Origin: Polyangiales bacterium
GTDB taxonomy: Bacteria; Myxococcota_A; Polyangia; Polyangiales; JADJQN01
DNA length: 64,000 nt
NCBI GenBank assembly: GCA_964202905.1
Contig: CAXNJO010000004.1
Span: 192,001 to 256,000 of the forward strand
Reading direction: 5' to 3'
Position 1 is the stretch's first letter, and every line of letters starts with the position of its first letter. Below are positions 35,317 through 44,852 of the stretch, one piece after another. Under the pieces are notes generated by a model that saw only the letters and a list, made by a program, of their open reading frames with translations, did not search any database and was not told the origin of the DNA. Position numbers and translations under genes: made by a program.

Positions 35317-36734
35317 TGTTCCGCAGCTCCTCTTCCGTTCGCCAGCGCGCGCTCTCCCTCGTCCTCGGAGGCTCCCTCCTCGCGGCCAGCGGCTGCGCGG
35401 TACTGGCGGGCAAGTCCGAGTACGCCGCGTACAGGGCCGTACGCACCGCGGGCGACGACCAGTCCCGCCTCCTCGCCGAGCAGGCATACATGGAGGCGAA
35501 CCCCAATGGCCAATGGTCGAAGCAGGTCCAGGCGCACCGCGTCGAGGCCGAACCCGGGGTCTGGGAGGCGGGGAAGGGGACGCGCGACGGCCTCGAGTTC
35601 TACCTCGCGGCCTTCCCGGACGGCCCGCACGTCACGCAGGCGCGCCCACGGCTCGCGGCGCTGATGACCGTCCACGGCCGCCGCGAAGACGAAGACGCAC
35701 GGCGCCGCGCGATCGAGGCCCAGCGACGGGTCCAGCAAGAAGAGCAGCGCCGCACGTGGACCACACGCGCCGTCTCCTATTGGACGCGGACGCTCATCGG
35801 CCTGCAGGGTTGGGGCTCTCCCATCTCGGAGGTCGCGCAGGCCAACCCCTCGTTTTCGCGCGCGTTCGGCGAAAACCCGCCTCCGCGCTGCAACGCCGAC
35901 GAGTGCGTGAAATTCTACCGGAACACGTACGCCATCCCGGTGCCCGGAGCGACGCGCATCGACCGCGCCATCGAGTTCGTCCTTCGCTTGAAGATGCCCG
36001 GCGGCAACGTGGACCGCGTCGAACTTCTCCTGCCGAACAAGGGTTTCTCGCGCTGGTTCGAGATGGAGAACCGCACGATTGTCACCGACGAGGACCCGAC
36101 CCAGCGCCAACAGGCCATCGACTGGGTCCTCGAGCGCCTCGCGCCCGTTCTCGGCGAGGCCGGCGCGGCCCAGCCCACAGAGGGCATCAGCGTCGATACG
36201 CTTGCGCCGCTCGGGTTCTCCTCGACGGGCGAGGCGACTGGCACCGGCACCCCTGGCTCCGGCGGTGCCGACGCGGCTGACGAGCCCGCCGCGACTCCGG
36301 CCGCGACGCAGGAGGCGGCCTCCGCCGCCCCCGCCCCCGCGCCCGCAGCGCCCCAAGAGTCGGCCCCCACGCCCGGCACGGACGCCCCCCCCCTGGCGGG
36401 GGCTTCGGTGGACGATCTTCTCGCGCGTCATGGCGGCACCAACGCTGCGCCTCCCGCAGCCTCGGCGGCGCCCGCCGAACCTGCCGCTCCCGCTGCGGTC
36501 GAAGCGCCCGTCGCCCCGCGTGCGGTGCGCATCTTCACGACGTCGAGTTTGCGCGTCGTGGTGTTCGCGGCCGCCGATGACGACTACGGCACCGCTTGGG
36601 ACGGTGTGTTCATCGAACGCAACCGCCCCGCGCCGCCCCCCGCGGTCGCCCCCACCGCGCCGCGCCGCCCGGGCGCGTCCCCGGGTGTCCGGTCCGGACC
36701 GCGTCCGGCCGGTCGCCCCAACCCGACCCCCTGA
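35316..36734 (+). CDS. Hypothetical lipoprotein with Ala/Pro-rich insertion
   Basis: Lipobox ASGC; YLAAFPDGPH-type motif; TGATG coupling. Confidence 0.75.
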   Translation: MFRSSSSVRQRALSLVLGGSLLAASGCAVLAGKSEYAAYRAVRTAGDDQSRLLAEQAYMEANPNGQWSKQVQAHRVEAEPGVWEAGKGTRDGLEFYLAAFPDGPHVTQARPRLAALMTVHGRREDEDARRRAIEAQRRVQQEEQRRTWTTRAVSYWTRTLIGLQGWGSPISEVAQANPSFSRAFGENPPPRCNADECVKFYRNTYAIPVPGATRIDRAIEFVLRLKMPGGNVDRVELLLPNKGFSRWFEMENRTIVTDEDPTQRQQAIDWVLERLAPVLGEAGAAQPTEGISVDTLAPLGFSSTGEATGTGTPGSGGADAADEPAATPAATQEAASAAPAPAPAAPQESAPTPGTDAPPLAGASVDDLLARHGGTNAAPPAASAAPAEPAAPAAVEAPVAPRAVRIFTTSSLRVVVFAAADDDYGTAWDGVFIERNRPAPPPAVAPTAPRRPGASPGVRSGPRPAGRPNPTP

Positions 36735-36859
36735 CGTCGCGCCGAGGCTGTCGGCCCTTCCGCGCACCGGTGCGCGCCCGCGCGCGTCGGCAGCCCGCCG
36801 CGACCGTTGCTCCCTCCCGACCCACCAGCCCCGGCGCCCAGCGCCGGTCCGAGGCTCCA

Positions 36860-38323
36860 TTGCGACCGCCCTCGACCCGCACGCTCGTCCGGATCTCCAT
36901 CGCGGCCGCACTCCAACTGCTCGCGTGCGGTGGCGACGACGACCGGCCGCCCCCCGGCGTGCCCGATCTCGGGCCCCCGCCGCCGCCGGCCGCGTTCGCG
37001 AGCCCGAACGTCGCCTACGAGGGGCAGCAGCGGTTCCTGACGACGATCACCGCCCCGGGGCTCGACCTCACCGACGCCATCGTGAGCGCGGTCGATCCGA
37101 TGGGGCCACTCGAAGTGATCGAGGCCCGCTGCACCGCCGCGCGCTGTGGCGTTCACCTCCGCGTGCGTGACACGCGGAGCAACGCCGAGGTCCCCGACCC
37201 CGTTCCAGCGCCAATCAGCAACCGCAATGAATTCGTTGAGTTGCGCATCGAATCGCAGATCCGACGAGCGGTCGTGACGGTCTGGCCCACGCAGCAATTG
37301 AACGGCGCGGGGATGGCCTCGCTTCGGGACTCGCTTCTCGCGTCGGGCGGTACCGTCGACGCGACCGGGTCGTACGTCGGGGCGCCCATCGGCGGGCCCA
37401 TCCGCTGGTTCTCGATGGGCCCGCTGCGTTTCGCGGGCACGCTCGACGTGTCCGGGCCCGGCGCGCTCGCGCGGGTCGGCGGCGGCGCGGGCGGCGCGCC
37501 CGGATCGGCAGGCGCTGGACCCGGCGGGGGCGCCCCCGGCGTCGGTGGCGCAGGCGGCGGTGGAGGCGGCCATGCCAGCGCGGGCATCGCGGGCACGGGC
37601 GCGGACGGTACCCCGGCGGGTGGCGGCGCAGGCGGGGCCGCCTACGGCGCAGCGAGTGCCGCGTGCCTCGAAGACGTGCGCACGACCGTGTGCGGCGGGT
37701 CCGGCGGAGGGGGCGCGACGGGCGAGGGGGGCGCCGGGGGAGGGAGTTTCCTGATCGTGTCCCTCGAGGCGCTCGACCTCAGCGGCGCGACGCTCCTGTC
37801 GCGGGGCGGCGCCGGCTCGGGCGGCGGCGGCGGCGGAAGCGGCGGCAACCTCCTGGTCGCCGCACCGTCGTGGACGCCTCCCGCGATGCTCGACGCGTCG
37901 GGTGGTTTGGGAGACGGGCCGGGCGGTGCCGGAGCCTCCGGCAACGTCCGCATCGATGTCGGGACAGGCGAAGGCTGGCCCGGTGCGTTCGCCGGTCCGC
38001 GCCTCGACCCGGCGAGCGCACCGCTTTTCGGCGGCGCGACCGTCACGCTCCGTGGCGTGGCGGGCGCCGGCCACACCGTCCACGTTGAGCGACACGACGA
38101 CGGCCGCCGCGTGAGCGCGACCGCTGGGAGCGACGGTGTGTTCTCGCTCGATGTCCCGCTTGCCGAGGGCGGCAATCGCCTGCGTATCATCGAGGACACG
38201 GACGCCGGCCCCGTGCGCGGCTGGATTGGGAACGCCTTCGAATTCGGCACCGGCGCGCGCTGCGTGACCGCATCGGTCTGCGTGCCCATCGGCGCATTCG
38301 TCGACATCCTTCGCGTCGAGTAG
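36860..38323 (+). CDS. Glycine-rich lipoprotein with C-terminal Ig-like segment
   Basis: Lipobox LLAC; long GGxGG repeats; VTLRG...FSLDVPLAEGGNRL; TTG start inferred. Confidence 0.65.
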   Translation: MRPPSTRTLVRISIAAALQLLACGGDDDRPPPGVPDLGPPPPPAAFASPNVAYEGQQRFLTTITAPGLDLTDAIVSAVDPMGPLEVIEARCTAARCGVHLRVRDTRSNAEVPDPVPAPISNRNEFVELRIESQIRRAVVTVWPTQQLNGAGMASLRDSLLASGGTVDATGSYVGAPIGGPIRWFSMGPLRFAGTLDVSGPGALARVGGGAGGAPGSAGAGPGGGAPGVGGAGGGGGGHASAGIAGTGADGTPAGGGAGGAAYGAASAACLEDVRTTVCGGSGGGGATGEGGAGGGSFLIVSLEALDLSGATLLSRGGAGSGGGGGGSGGNLLVAAPSWTPPAMLDASGGLGDGPGGAGASGNVRIDVGTGEGWPGAFAGPRLDPASAPLFGGATVTLRGVAGAGHTVHVERHDDGRRVSATAGSDGVFSLDVPLAEGGNRLRIIEDTDAGPVRGWIGNAFEFGTGARCVTASVCVPIGAFVDILRVE

Positions 38324-38423
38324 CACTGCCAGATTACGTTGGAGTCTCGTGGCCTTGCGCCGCGAACGGAAGACGCGCTCGCTCCTCGTACGTGGGGCGC
38401 GGGGGGTGGTCCGCACACCGCGC

Positions 38424-38468
38424 TTGACGACCCGGAAGTGCGCCCGCATAACTTCAAATAGTTTTGAA
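38424..38468 (+). promoter_or_regulatory. Putative promoter TTGACG-N17-CATAAC followed by inverted repeat TTCAAA-N4-TTTGAA (candidate operator)
   Basis: AT-rich palindrome at 38453-38468 overlapping the likely transcription start. Confidence 0.6.
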
Positions 38469-38506
38469 CGAACGATCGTGGCCAGGCGATCGCGAAAGGC
38501 TCTTTC

Positions 38507-39544
38507 ATGACGCCCGCCGTGCAACTGGAGGCGCTAGAGCGCGCCGCGACCGCCGATCCGAGCACGGGCACCGCGACACGCGCGAACCTCGCTGAGGTGA
38601 GCGCCATTCTCGGCGAGGCGCTCCCGGCGCTCGAGGCCGCGATCGCCCTTGCGACGCGCGGTTCGGCGCCGCTCGATCTCGCCGCGCGCAACCTGGTGAC
38701 AGCGGGCGGCAAACGCGTCCGACCCATGACCACGCTCCTCGCGGCGGCGGCCTGTGGTGGCGACCCGGTCCGCGCGTTGCCATTCGCGACGGCGGCCGAG
38801 TTGGTGCATTCGGCGACGCTGCTCCACGACGACGTCATCGACGAGGGCGAGGAGCGCCGCGGTCGTCCGGCGTCGCGCGTCGTGTTCGGGAATCTCGTCT
38901 CCGTCCTCGCGGGCGACCTGCTGCTGACGCGCGCCATCGAGCTGGTCGACGCGGCGGCCGTCCCGGATGTCATGCGTGACCTGCTCGCGACGCTGCATGC
39001 CCTCATCGCAGGCGAGGTCGCGCAGATGCAGGCCCGGCACCGCGAGGATCTGGGCATCGACGGCTACCTGCAGATCGTCCAAGGCAAGACGGCATCGCTC
39101 TTCGGCTTCGCTTGCCGGGCGGGTGCGCGGTCCGCGGGGATCAGCGGAGATCGCGTCGCGGGACTCGGCCGCTTCGGCGAGAACGTCGGGATCGCGTTTC
39201 AGGTGATCGACGACGTGCTTGACCTCGACGGGGATCCGGAGCGCGTCGGCAAGCGCCTCGGCGCAGACCTCGCGGAGGGCAAGACGACGCTGCCGCTCGC
39301 GTTCGCGCTGATGGAGGATCCCTCACGGCTGCGCGTCTTGTTGCCGGCCGCGCGCGCGGGCGACCGGGACGCGGCGCGCGCGGTGGCGATGCTGCCCGGG
39401 GTCCGCCGGGGCTGCCAGCGGGCGCGCGAGTACGCTGGCGGCCGCACAGCCAGCGCGCTCGCTGAGATTTCCCACCTGCCGCCGACGCGTGCGCGAGGGC
39501 TGCTCGAGGCGCTCGTGCACGAGCTCGTCGGGCGCCGGGCCTGA
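38507..39544 (+). CDS. Polyprenyl diphosphate synthase (IspB/HepT-like)
   Basis: GGKRVRP, LLHDDVID, GKTASLF, FQVIDDVLD, EGKTTLP. Confidence 0.93.
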   Translation: MTPAVQLEALERAATADPSTGTATRANLAEVSAILGEALPALEAAIALATRGSAPLDLAARNLVTAGGKRVRPMTTLLAAAACGGDPVRALPFATAAELVHSATLLHDDVIDEGEERRGRPASRVVFGNLVSVLAGDLLLTRAIELVDAAAVPDVMRDLLATLHALIAGEVAQMQARHREDLGIDGYLQIVQGKTASLFGFACRAGARSAGISGDRVAGLGRFGENVGIAFQVIDDVLDLDGDPERVGKRLGADLAEGKTTLPLAFALMEDPSRLRVLLPAARAGDRDAARAVAMLPGVRRGCQRAREYAGGRTASALAEISHLPPTRARGLLEALVHELVGRRA

Positions 39545-39556
39545 GGAGCGCGGCCC

Positions 39557-40168
39557 GTGACGCCGGAACCGCCCGACCCATCCGAGCACTCGAGAGCGCT
39601 GGCCGCGAACAGCGCGCTCTCCGCGGTGCCCGACGCGCTCCGCGCGAGCGAGGCCGCCGTCAGCGACGCCATCGGGCGACTCATGCAGTTCTGGGGCTTC
39701 AAACGCAACATGGGGCGCGTCTGGGCGGTGCTCTACATGAGCGAGCGGCCGCTCACGGCCCAGGATCTGCGAGAGCGCCTCCAACTCTCGACCGGCGCCG
39801 TGTCCATGACCGTCGCCGAGTTGCTGCGCTGGGGCGTGGTGAAGAAGCTCTGGGTCCAAGGAGAGCGACGCGAGCACTTCGCGGCCGAGGGGAACCTCTG
39901 GAAGATGATCTCCCGGGTTTTGAGGGAGCGAGAGCAGGCGGAGATCCTCGAGACCATCGCCGCCATGGAGGACGCGCTCCGCGCGATCGATGCGCACACG
40001 CGGTCGAGCGATCCCACGGTGCGGGCGCGTGCGCTCGTGCAGCGGGAGCGCATCGGCCAGTTGCTCGACCTCGCACGGCTCGGCCGACAGTTGCTCGACG
40101 CGCTCGTCTCGACGGCACGTCTCGACGCGAGCGCGCTCACGAGGTTTCTGCTCGGCGGCAGCCGCTGA
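39557..40168 (+). CDS. GbsR/MarR-type transcriptional regulator
   Basis: WGFKRNMGRVWAVLYMSERPLT...LSTGAVSM...WGVV...GERREHF. Confidence 0.85.
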   Translation: MTPEPPDPSEHSRALAANSALSAVPDALRASEAAVSDAIGRLMQFWGFKRNMGRVWAVLYMSERPLTAQDLRERLQLSTGAVSMTVAELLRWGVVKKLWVQGERREHFAAEGNLWKMISRVLREREQAEILETIAAMEDALRAIDAHTRSSDPTVRARALVQRERIGQLLDLARLGRQLLDALVSTARLDASALTRFLLGGSR

Positions 40169-40199
40169 CACACGCCCCGCGCCGTCCGCTCGGTTCGCG

Positions 40200-40227
40200 A
40201 GTTGACATAATCTATCTTATGCGAAGT
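40200..40227 (-). other. XerC/XerD dif recombination site
   Basis: Minus strand ACTTCGCATAA-GATAGA-TTATGTCAACT; 11-6-11 layout like E. coli dif GGTGCGCATAA-TGTATA-TTATGTTAAAT; intergenic between convergent genes. Confidence 0.88.
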
Positions 40228-40345
40228 GAACCATCGAGCCGCGGGGGGGGTGGTGAAACCCGCACCGCGGCCTGAGGCTCGCCACAAGATCCGGGAAGAA
40301 TTCGGTTTCCAGTGTGCGCGTGGTTCGCGCGGCGCGGGGACGCCG

Positions 40346-41533
40346 TCAGTCGAGCGCGAACGCGAACAGGCTGCCGCCGTTGCTCACGACGAAGCCGAGA
40401 TTCCCGGAGATCGCGCACTCGGCCGTGAAGCCATGGCCGGACTCGATGCGCGACAGTTCGGCGCCCGTCTCGAGGGACAACGCTAGGAAGCCGCCGAGAT
40501 TCTCGCCGACGAGCACCACGCCACGCTCGACCCGCGCCGTCCCGGGCGCCCCGCGGTGGATCTTGCGGCGCCACCGCGCGTGGCGCTCCCGCATGTCGAA
40601 CCGTACGACGCCGGCGTCGGCCGACGACAAGATCAGCGTGTCGTCTCCCGCCGCCACGATGGACACGACCCCGGTTTGCTCGGCTTCCTTCGCGAGGACG
40701 CTCCCGCTCCCCAATGCGAGTTCGTAGAGCCCCCCCGAGAACGACGCGATCCACAGCCGATCGCCGACGACGACGGGCGTCGTGTCGACGTCCACGAAGC
40801 GTGTCGCGGTCTCCTCCGACTCCTCGAGGTCGAGGGCCGTGTCACGTTCCCAAGTGACCTGGCCACTCGCCGCGTCGAGCGCCACGACGACGCCGTCCGT
40901 GAATCCGGCGAAGATCCGCCCCTCGTGCAGGACGAGCCCAGAGTGTCCCGTCAGCGAGAACCCCGACGGCGCGTCGCGTTGGTAGCGCCAGAGTTCCTCG
41001 CCACGCGCGCGCGACAGCGCAACGATCGCGTCGCTCGCCGTGATCACGAACACCGCGTCGGTCGAGAGCGCCGGCGTCGACCGGACCGGTCCCCCCACCG
41101 AACGCTGCCAACGTTCGGCCCCGTCCGCGCTCTGGAGCGCCGTGAGTACGCCCTCGGCGTTGCCGACGTAGAGTTCGCCGGCGGCGCCATCGATGGCGGG
41201 CTGGCTCTCGATCGCGCCGCCGCACTCGTGGCGCCAGAGCTTGCGGCCCGCGGGCGTGAGCGCCCAGAGGCTGCCGGCCGACGAGCCCACGTAGACGCGT
41301 CCGCGCAGGGGATCCAGCCCTGCGACCGCACGTTCGACGGGCTGGTACGAGCCGCCGAAGTCCGCCGTCAGGCGCTCGGTCCAGCGCACGTGCACCGGGC
41401 CCGGCTGGACGCGCACGCGCGGCGTACCACCGATCCAGTCGGCCTCGCCCACACCGAGACCAGCCCCGCAGCCGCTCGCCACGCCGAGCCCGAGGGCGGC
41501 CGCGAAGGCCGCGGCCGTGCGGGCGCGCTTCAC
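40346..41533 (-). CDS. bamB: PQQ-like beta-propeller lipoprotein, BamB-like
   Basis: Lipobox ASGC; repeats such as ALDAASGQVTW; FVDVDTTP; follows yfgM-like gene. Confidence 0.8.
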   Translation of the reverse strand: MKRARTAAAFAAALGLGVASGCGAGLGVGEADWIGGTPRVRVQPGPVHVRWTERLTADFGGSYQPVERAVAGLDPLRGRVYVGSSAGSLWALTPAGRKLWRHECGGAIESQPAIDGAAGELYVGNAEGVLTALQSADGAERWQRSVGGPVRSTPALSTDAVFVITASDAIVALSRARGEELWRYQRDAPSGFSLTGHSGLVLHEGRIFAGFTDGVVVALDAASGQVTWERDTALDLEESEETATRFVDVDTTPVVVGDRLWIASFSGGLYELALGSGSVLAKEAEQTGVVSIVAAGDDTLILSSADAGVVRFDMRERHARWRRKIHRGAPGTARVERGVVLVGENLGGFLALSLETGAELSRIESGHGFTAECAISGNLGFVVSNGGSLFAFALD

Positions 41534-42660
41534 TCCGCCGCGCCCGAAGGCGCCGCGCCGCCCCGGCTTTTCTGCAGGTTCCGCAGGATCTCTTGGATCT
41601 GCTCGGGAGTCACGTTCGAGGGGCCGCCCTCGCCGCCGAGTTGGATCCCGCCGGGACCGAACATCGTGCCGCCGTTGAGCCCCTCGGTGGGACGCTGCAC
41701 GAGCGAAGAATCGAGCTCGGCGAGACGGAGTTCAGCCTGGGTGAGCACGTACGGCGACAGGTCCTCCGGGTCGCCGTCGTCGTTGGCGCGGAGCCGCTGG
41801 ACGAGTTCCTTGAGGAGATCCTTGGCGCGGCTATCGTCACCCGTGCGGAGGTGCATCCGCGCGAGGTGGTAGTCGGCGAGGTCCTTGTGGCCCCCCTCGC
41901 CCGTGCGCGCCAGGGACTGGAACTTCTCGATGGCCTTCCGCGGTTCGTTCTCGGCTTCGAAGCTGAACGCGATGCCCTCGAAGGCCCGGGCGGAGACGGA
42001 CGCGTTGCCGCTCCCCTCGCGGATCGCCTTCTCGTAGGCCGCGCGCGCCTCACCGGGCTTGCCGAGGTCTAGGAGCGCCCTCGCCTCGCCGAGCCGCGCC
42101 CACACCGCGGCGTCGGTACCCGCGTGTGCACTCGTCACCTTGCGGAAGAGGGACAGCGCCTTCTCCGCGCGGGCGGTGGTCGTCGGGAAGGTCTCCCGAT
42201 CGGGCGCGTTCTCCGGGGGCGCCGGCGCGTCGGCGGCACGGATCTCGGCGTTCGCGGCGTCGAGCGCTTCGCCGAGCGCCAGCGACGCCTGCTCGGCCGA
42301 GCGGTGGCCCCACGTGGACCAGCCGATGAATCCGGCGATCACGACGACCACGGCGGCGAGGACGCCGTACGCGATCTTGCGGTTTTCTTCGAACCAAGTC
42401 GCCATGGTCGCGGCGCGGGCCTCGGCCTGCTGTTCGACCTCGTCCGCCTTCGTCTTCCCGCGCTTCGCGGCCTTGGCCGCCGCTTTGGCCGCCCGCTGCG
42501 CGGCGAGGCGGGCGCCGGGACTGGGCACGTTGGCGCCCTTGCCCGCATCCGGCGCGGACTCTTCCGGCGCAGCGTCGCGCACCGTCGGCGCCTCGTCGGC
42601 GTTGGCCGGGCCCGAGGCCTCGTTCGCTGCGTCGTCCCGGTTCTCTTCGTCGTTCGACAA
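41530..42660 (-). CDS. YfgM-like membrane-anchored TPR protein
   Basis: WFEENRK plus single TM plus TPR helices; TTG start with AGGAG SD; conserved yfgM-bamB order. Confidence 0.8.
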   Translation of the reverse strand: MSNDEENRDDAANEASGPANADEAPTVRDAAPEESAPDAGKGANVPSPGARLAAQRAAKAAAKAAKRGKTKADEVEQQAEARAATMATWFEENRKIAYGVLAAVVVVIAGFIGWSTWGHRSAEQASLALGEALDAANAEIRAADAPAPPENAPDRETFPTTTARAEKALSLFRKVTSAHAGTDAAVWARLGEARALLDLGKPGEARAAYEKAIREGSGNASVSARAFEGIAFSFEAENEPRKAIEKFQSLARTGEGGHKDLADYHLARMHLRTGDDSRAKDLLKELVQRLRANDDGDPEDLSPYVLTQAELRLAELDSSLVQRPTEGLNGGTMFGPGGIQLGGEGGPSNVTPEQIQEILRNLQKSRGGAAPSGAAE

Positions 42661-42740
42661 GGCGGAATCTCCTGCACTTCTGGACACTTGCCAGCGAAAT
42701 GCGCGACGCCGAGCGCGCAAGGCGCCGCGCGGGGCGACCG

Positions 42741-42768
42741 ACTATACCCGCGCCCCCTCGCGAGTCAA
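42741..42768 (-). promoter_or_regulatory. Putative promoter TTGACT-N16-TATAGT for yfgM-bamB
   Basis: Near-consensus hexamers. Confidence 0.6.
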
Positions 42769-42805
42769 CGCATGCGCGGCGCGGGCCGTGGTATGCCCGC
42801 CGACA

Positions 42806-43372
42806 ATGGTCCGTCGCGCCCCCGCGTCCTCACCGAGCCCGTCTCGCCTCGCCGCGCGCTTCGCCGGCGCGGTCGGTGGAGCGTGCGCCCTCGCCGTCGC
42901 CGTCCCCGCCGCTGCCTACGAAGACCAGCTGACGATCGAGGGCGGCGTGGGTTACGCGCACGCCTTCCGCTCCGACGTGCCATCCGGAGCCTCGTTCGGG
43001 CTTGCAGCATCGGTCGGCCTCGATGATGTGTGGACGATCAAGGCGTCCTTTGCGTACGGGGTTCACCCCGCAGGTCCGGCGCAGCACGTATTCGTCGGCG
43101 GAGCAGAGCTGATCTACGTCGTGGACGTGCTCGAGATCGTGCCGTACTTCGGGGCGGGGCTCGACGCGCTCGGCGCGGTGCGCGGCGCCGACCGCAGCCT
43201 CGACCTCGCCGCGCACCTGGTGTTCGGCGCCGACTACTTGTTGTCGCGCAGCGTCTTCGTCGGTGTGGAAGTCCGCCCGCACCTGCTGGTGACACAGCTC
43301 GCCGCAAACGACGAGCGCGCCCCGTTGTACGTCACAGCCCTCGCGCGTGTCGGACTCGTTTTCGACCTCTGA
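42806..43372 (+). CDS. Outer-membrane beta-barrel (OmpA-like 8-strand) protein
   Basis: Signal peptide, VPYFGAG, terminal GLVFDL. Confidence 0.75.
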   Translation: MVRRAPASSPSPSRLAARFAGAVGGACALAVAVPAAAYEDQLTIEGGVGYAHAFRSDVPSGASFGLAASVGLDDVWTIKASFAYGVHPAGPAQHVFVGGAELIYVVDVLEIVPYFGAGLDALGAVRGADRSLDLAAHLVFGADYLLSRSVFVGVEVRPHLLVTQLAANDERAPLYVTALARVGLVFDL

Positions 43373-43499
43373 CGCGATCGCCGCGACAAGCTCGCTCGCG
43401 CACCCAGCACACGCGCCGCGAGGCTGCAACGCGGAGACGCCGCGCGCAGGGCCGACTCGAGCGCCAGCGCGCGCGGCGTGTCCCGGGTGGGTGACACGT

Positions 43500-44747
43500 T
43501 CAGGGGCAGGTCAGTCCGCCGACGTCCGCCTCGTCGCGCAGGCGCAGCGTCCACCGCCCGAAATTCGGCACCAGCACGCCCGTCAGCGTGGGCACGGTCG
43601 TCGAGCCCATCGCGAGGCTCGTGAAGTGGTCGCGCACGCAGCGCGTCGTGGGGAAGTTCGAGACGAGCACGTCGAGCTCGACGGTCGGCGCGGCCGCGAG
43701 GAAGGCCGAGTAGCGCGAGAACATCCCGTCCGCCGTCGCGCGGATCTGGACGTTCTCGACGGTGAGAAGTGCACCCTCGAGGGCGACCGAACGGGCGCCG
43801 GGGGCGCCACCCGCTGCCGCGACGTCGCCGAGCGCGACGACGGTGCCCGCGGGCGCGGTGCCAGGAGCTCCGCGCACGATCGTCGCGGTGCCGCCGAGGA
43901 AAATGTTGGACTGCTCGAAGTCCGTGCAGGCGCCGGGGGGCGCGCCCGCGGGGCCGGCGCAAAACTCGTTGTACGTCGCGTTGTCGATCGACGTGACGAC
44001 GTCGCCGGGCTCGAACGCGTCACTGATCTTGCCCACGGGCAGGTCGAAGCAGCTCATGCCCGCAGGCAGCGTGATCAGTTCCTGCACCTGGATGGCCGTG
44101 AAGTCGCCGCTCACCGCGGCGCCCACCCAGATCGCGAACCGGCACGACCCCGAGGACGGCATCGCCGAGCCCACGAGCACGCGCGAGGAGAGCGCGACCA
44201 TCCCCGACTGGTCAACGGAGACGCGCGTGCCCGGGGCCGGGTGCATCGCGTCGGCCCGATTCTGCAACTGCGCGATCGTGGACGTCGTGGCGGGCATGAC
44301 GTAGCAGGCCGTGCCCATCGGGCAGTCGGAGCGGAAATCGCAGCAGGCGAAGTCGTTGCAATCGAAGAAGCGATTGCCGTCGTTGTCGCAGCCGTCGCTG
44401 CACTGCGCGAGCGAGGTCTCTGGGCTCATGGTCGCGCACGGCGTGACCGGGCCGGCGTCCGGGCGCGGCGTACCGCAAGCGGTGCCGGCGGGGCAGTCCG
44501 AGCGGACGCTGCAACACGCAAAGTCGTCACAATCGACGAAGGCGTTGCCGTTGTTGTCGCAGCCATCGCTGCAGAGCGCGACGGTGTCCTCCGTCGGCGT
44601 CGTGGTGCACATCGTGCCGAAGTCGACCCGCGCGGCGTCCGTGGGGACGACGCCCGCGTCGGTGAAGCGAGGCTCGTCGCGGACACAGGCACCGAGCGTG
44701 AGCGCCGCGAAGAGCGCGATACGGAAAGACGAAGGAACTGACGACAT
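43500..44747 (-). CDS. Cys-rich repeat lipoprotein with C-terminal beta-rich (OB-like) domains
   Basis: Lipobox LGAC; two copies of CSDGCDNxGNxFxDCxDFACC...SDCPxGTAC. Confidence 0.75.
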   Translation of the reverse strand: MSSVPSSFRIALFAALTLGACVRDEPRFTDAGVVPTDAARVDFGTMCTTTPTEDTVALCSDGCDNNGNAFVDCDDFACCSVRSDCPAGTACGTPRPDAGPVTPCATMSPETSLAQCSDGCDNDGNRFFDCNDFACCDFRSDCPMGTACYVMPATTSTIAQLQNRADAMHPAPGTRVSVDQSGMVALSSRVLVGSAMPSSGSCRFAIWVGAAVSGDFTAIQVQELITLPAGMSCFDLPVGKISDAFEPGDVVTSIDNATYNEFCAGPAGAPPGACTDFEQSNIFLGGTATIVRGAPGTAPAGTVVALGDVAAAGGAPGARSVALEGALLTVENVQIRATADGMFSRYSAFLAAAPTVELDVLVSNFPTTRCVRDHFTSLAMGSTTVPTLTGVLVPNFGRWTLRLRDEADVGGLTCP

Positions 44748-44852
44748 GGAAGTTCTCCCCGGGCCGCGGGCCCGCCGGCCGGGAATAGCCGTGGCGCGTC
44801 GGGCACGCAAGCAGCGCCGGGGCCACGTTAGCGTGACGGGGGGCCGGGAGGG

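Noticed and set aside
40203..40227. Orphan promoter or small RNA suggested by TTGACA in the intergenic region
   Set aside because: Better explained as the XerD arm of dif; no downstream gene on that strand.
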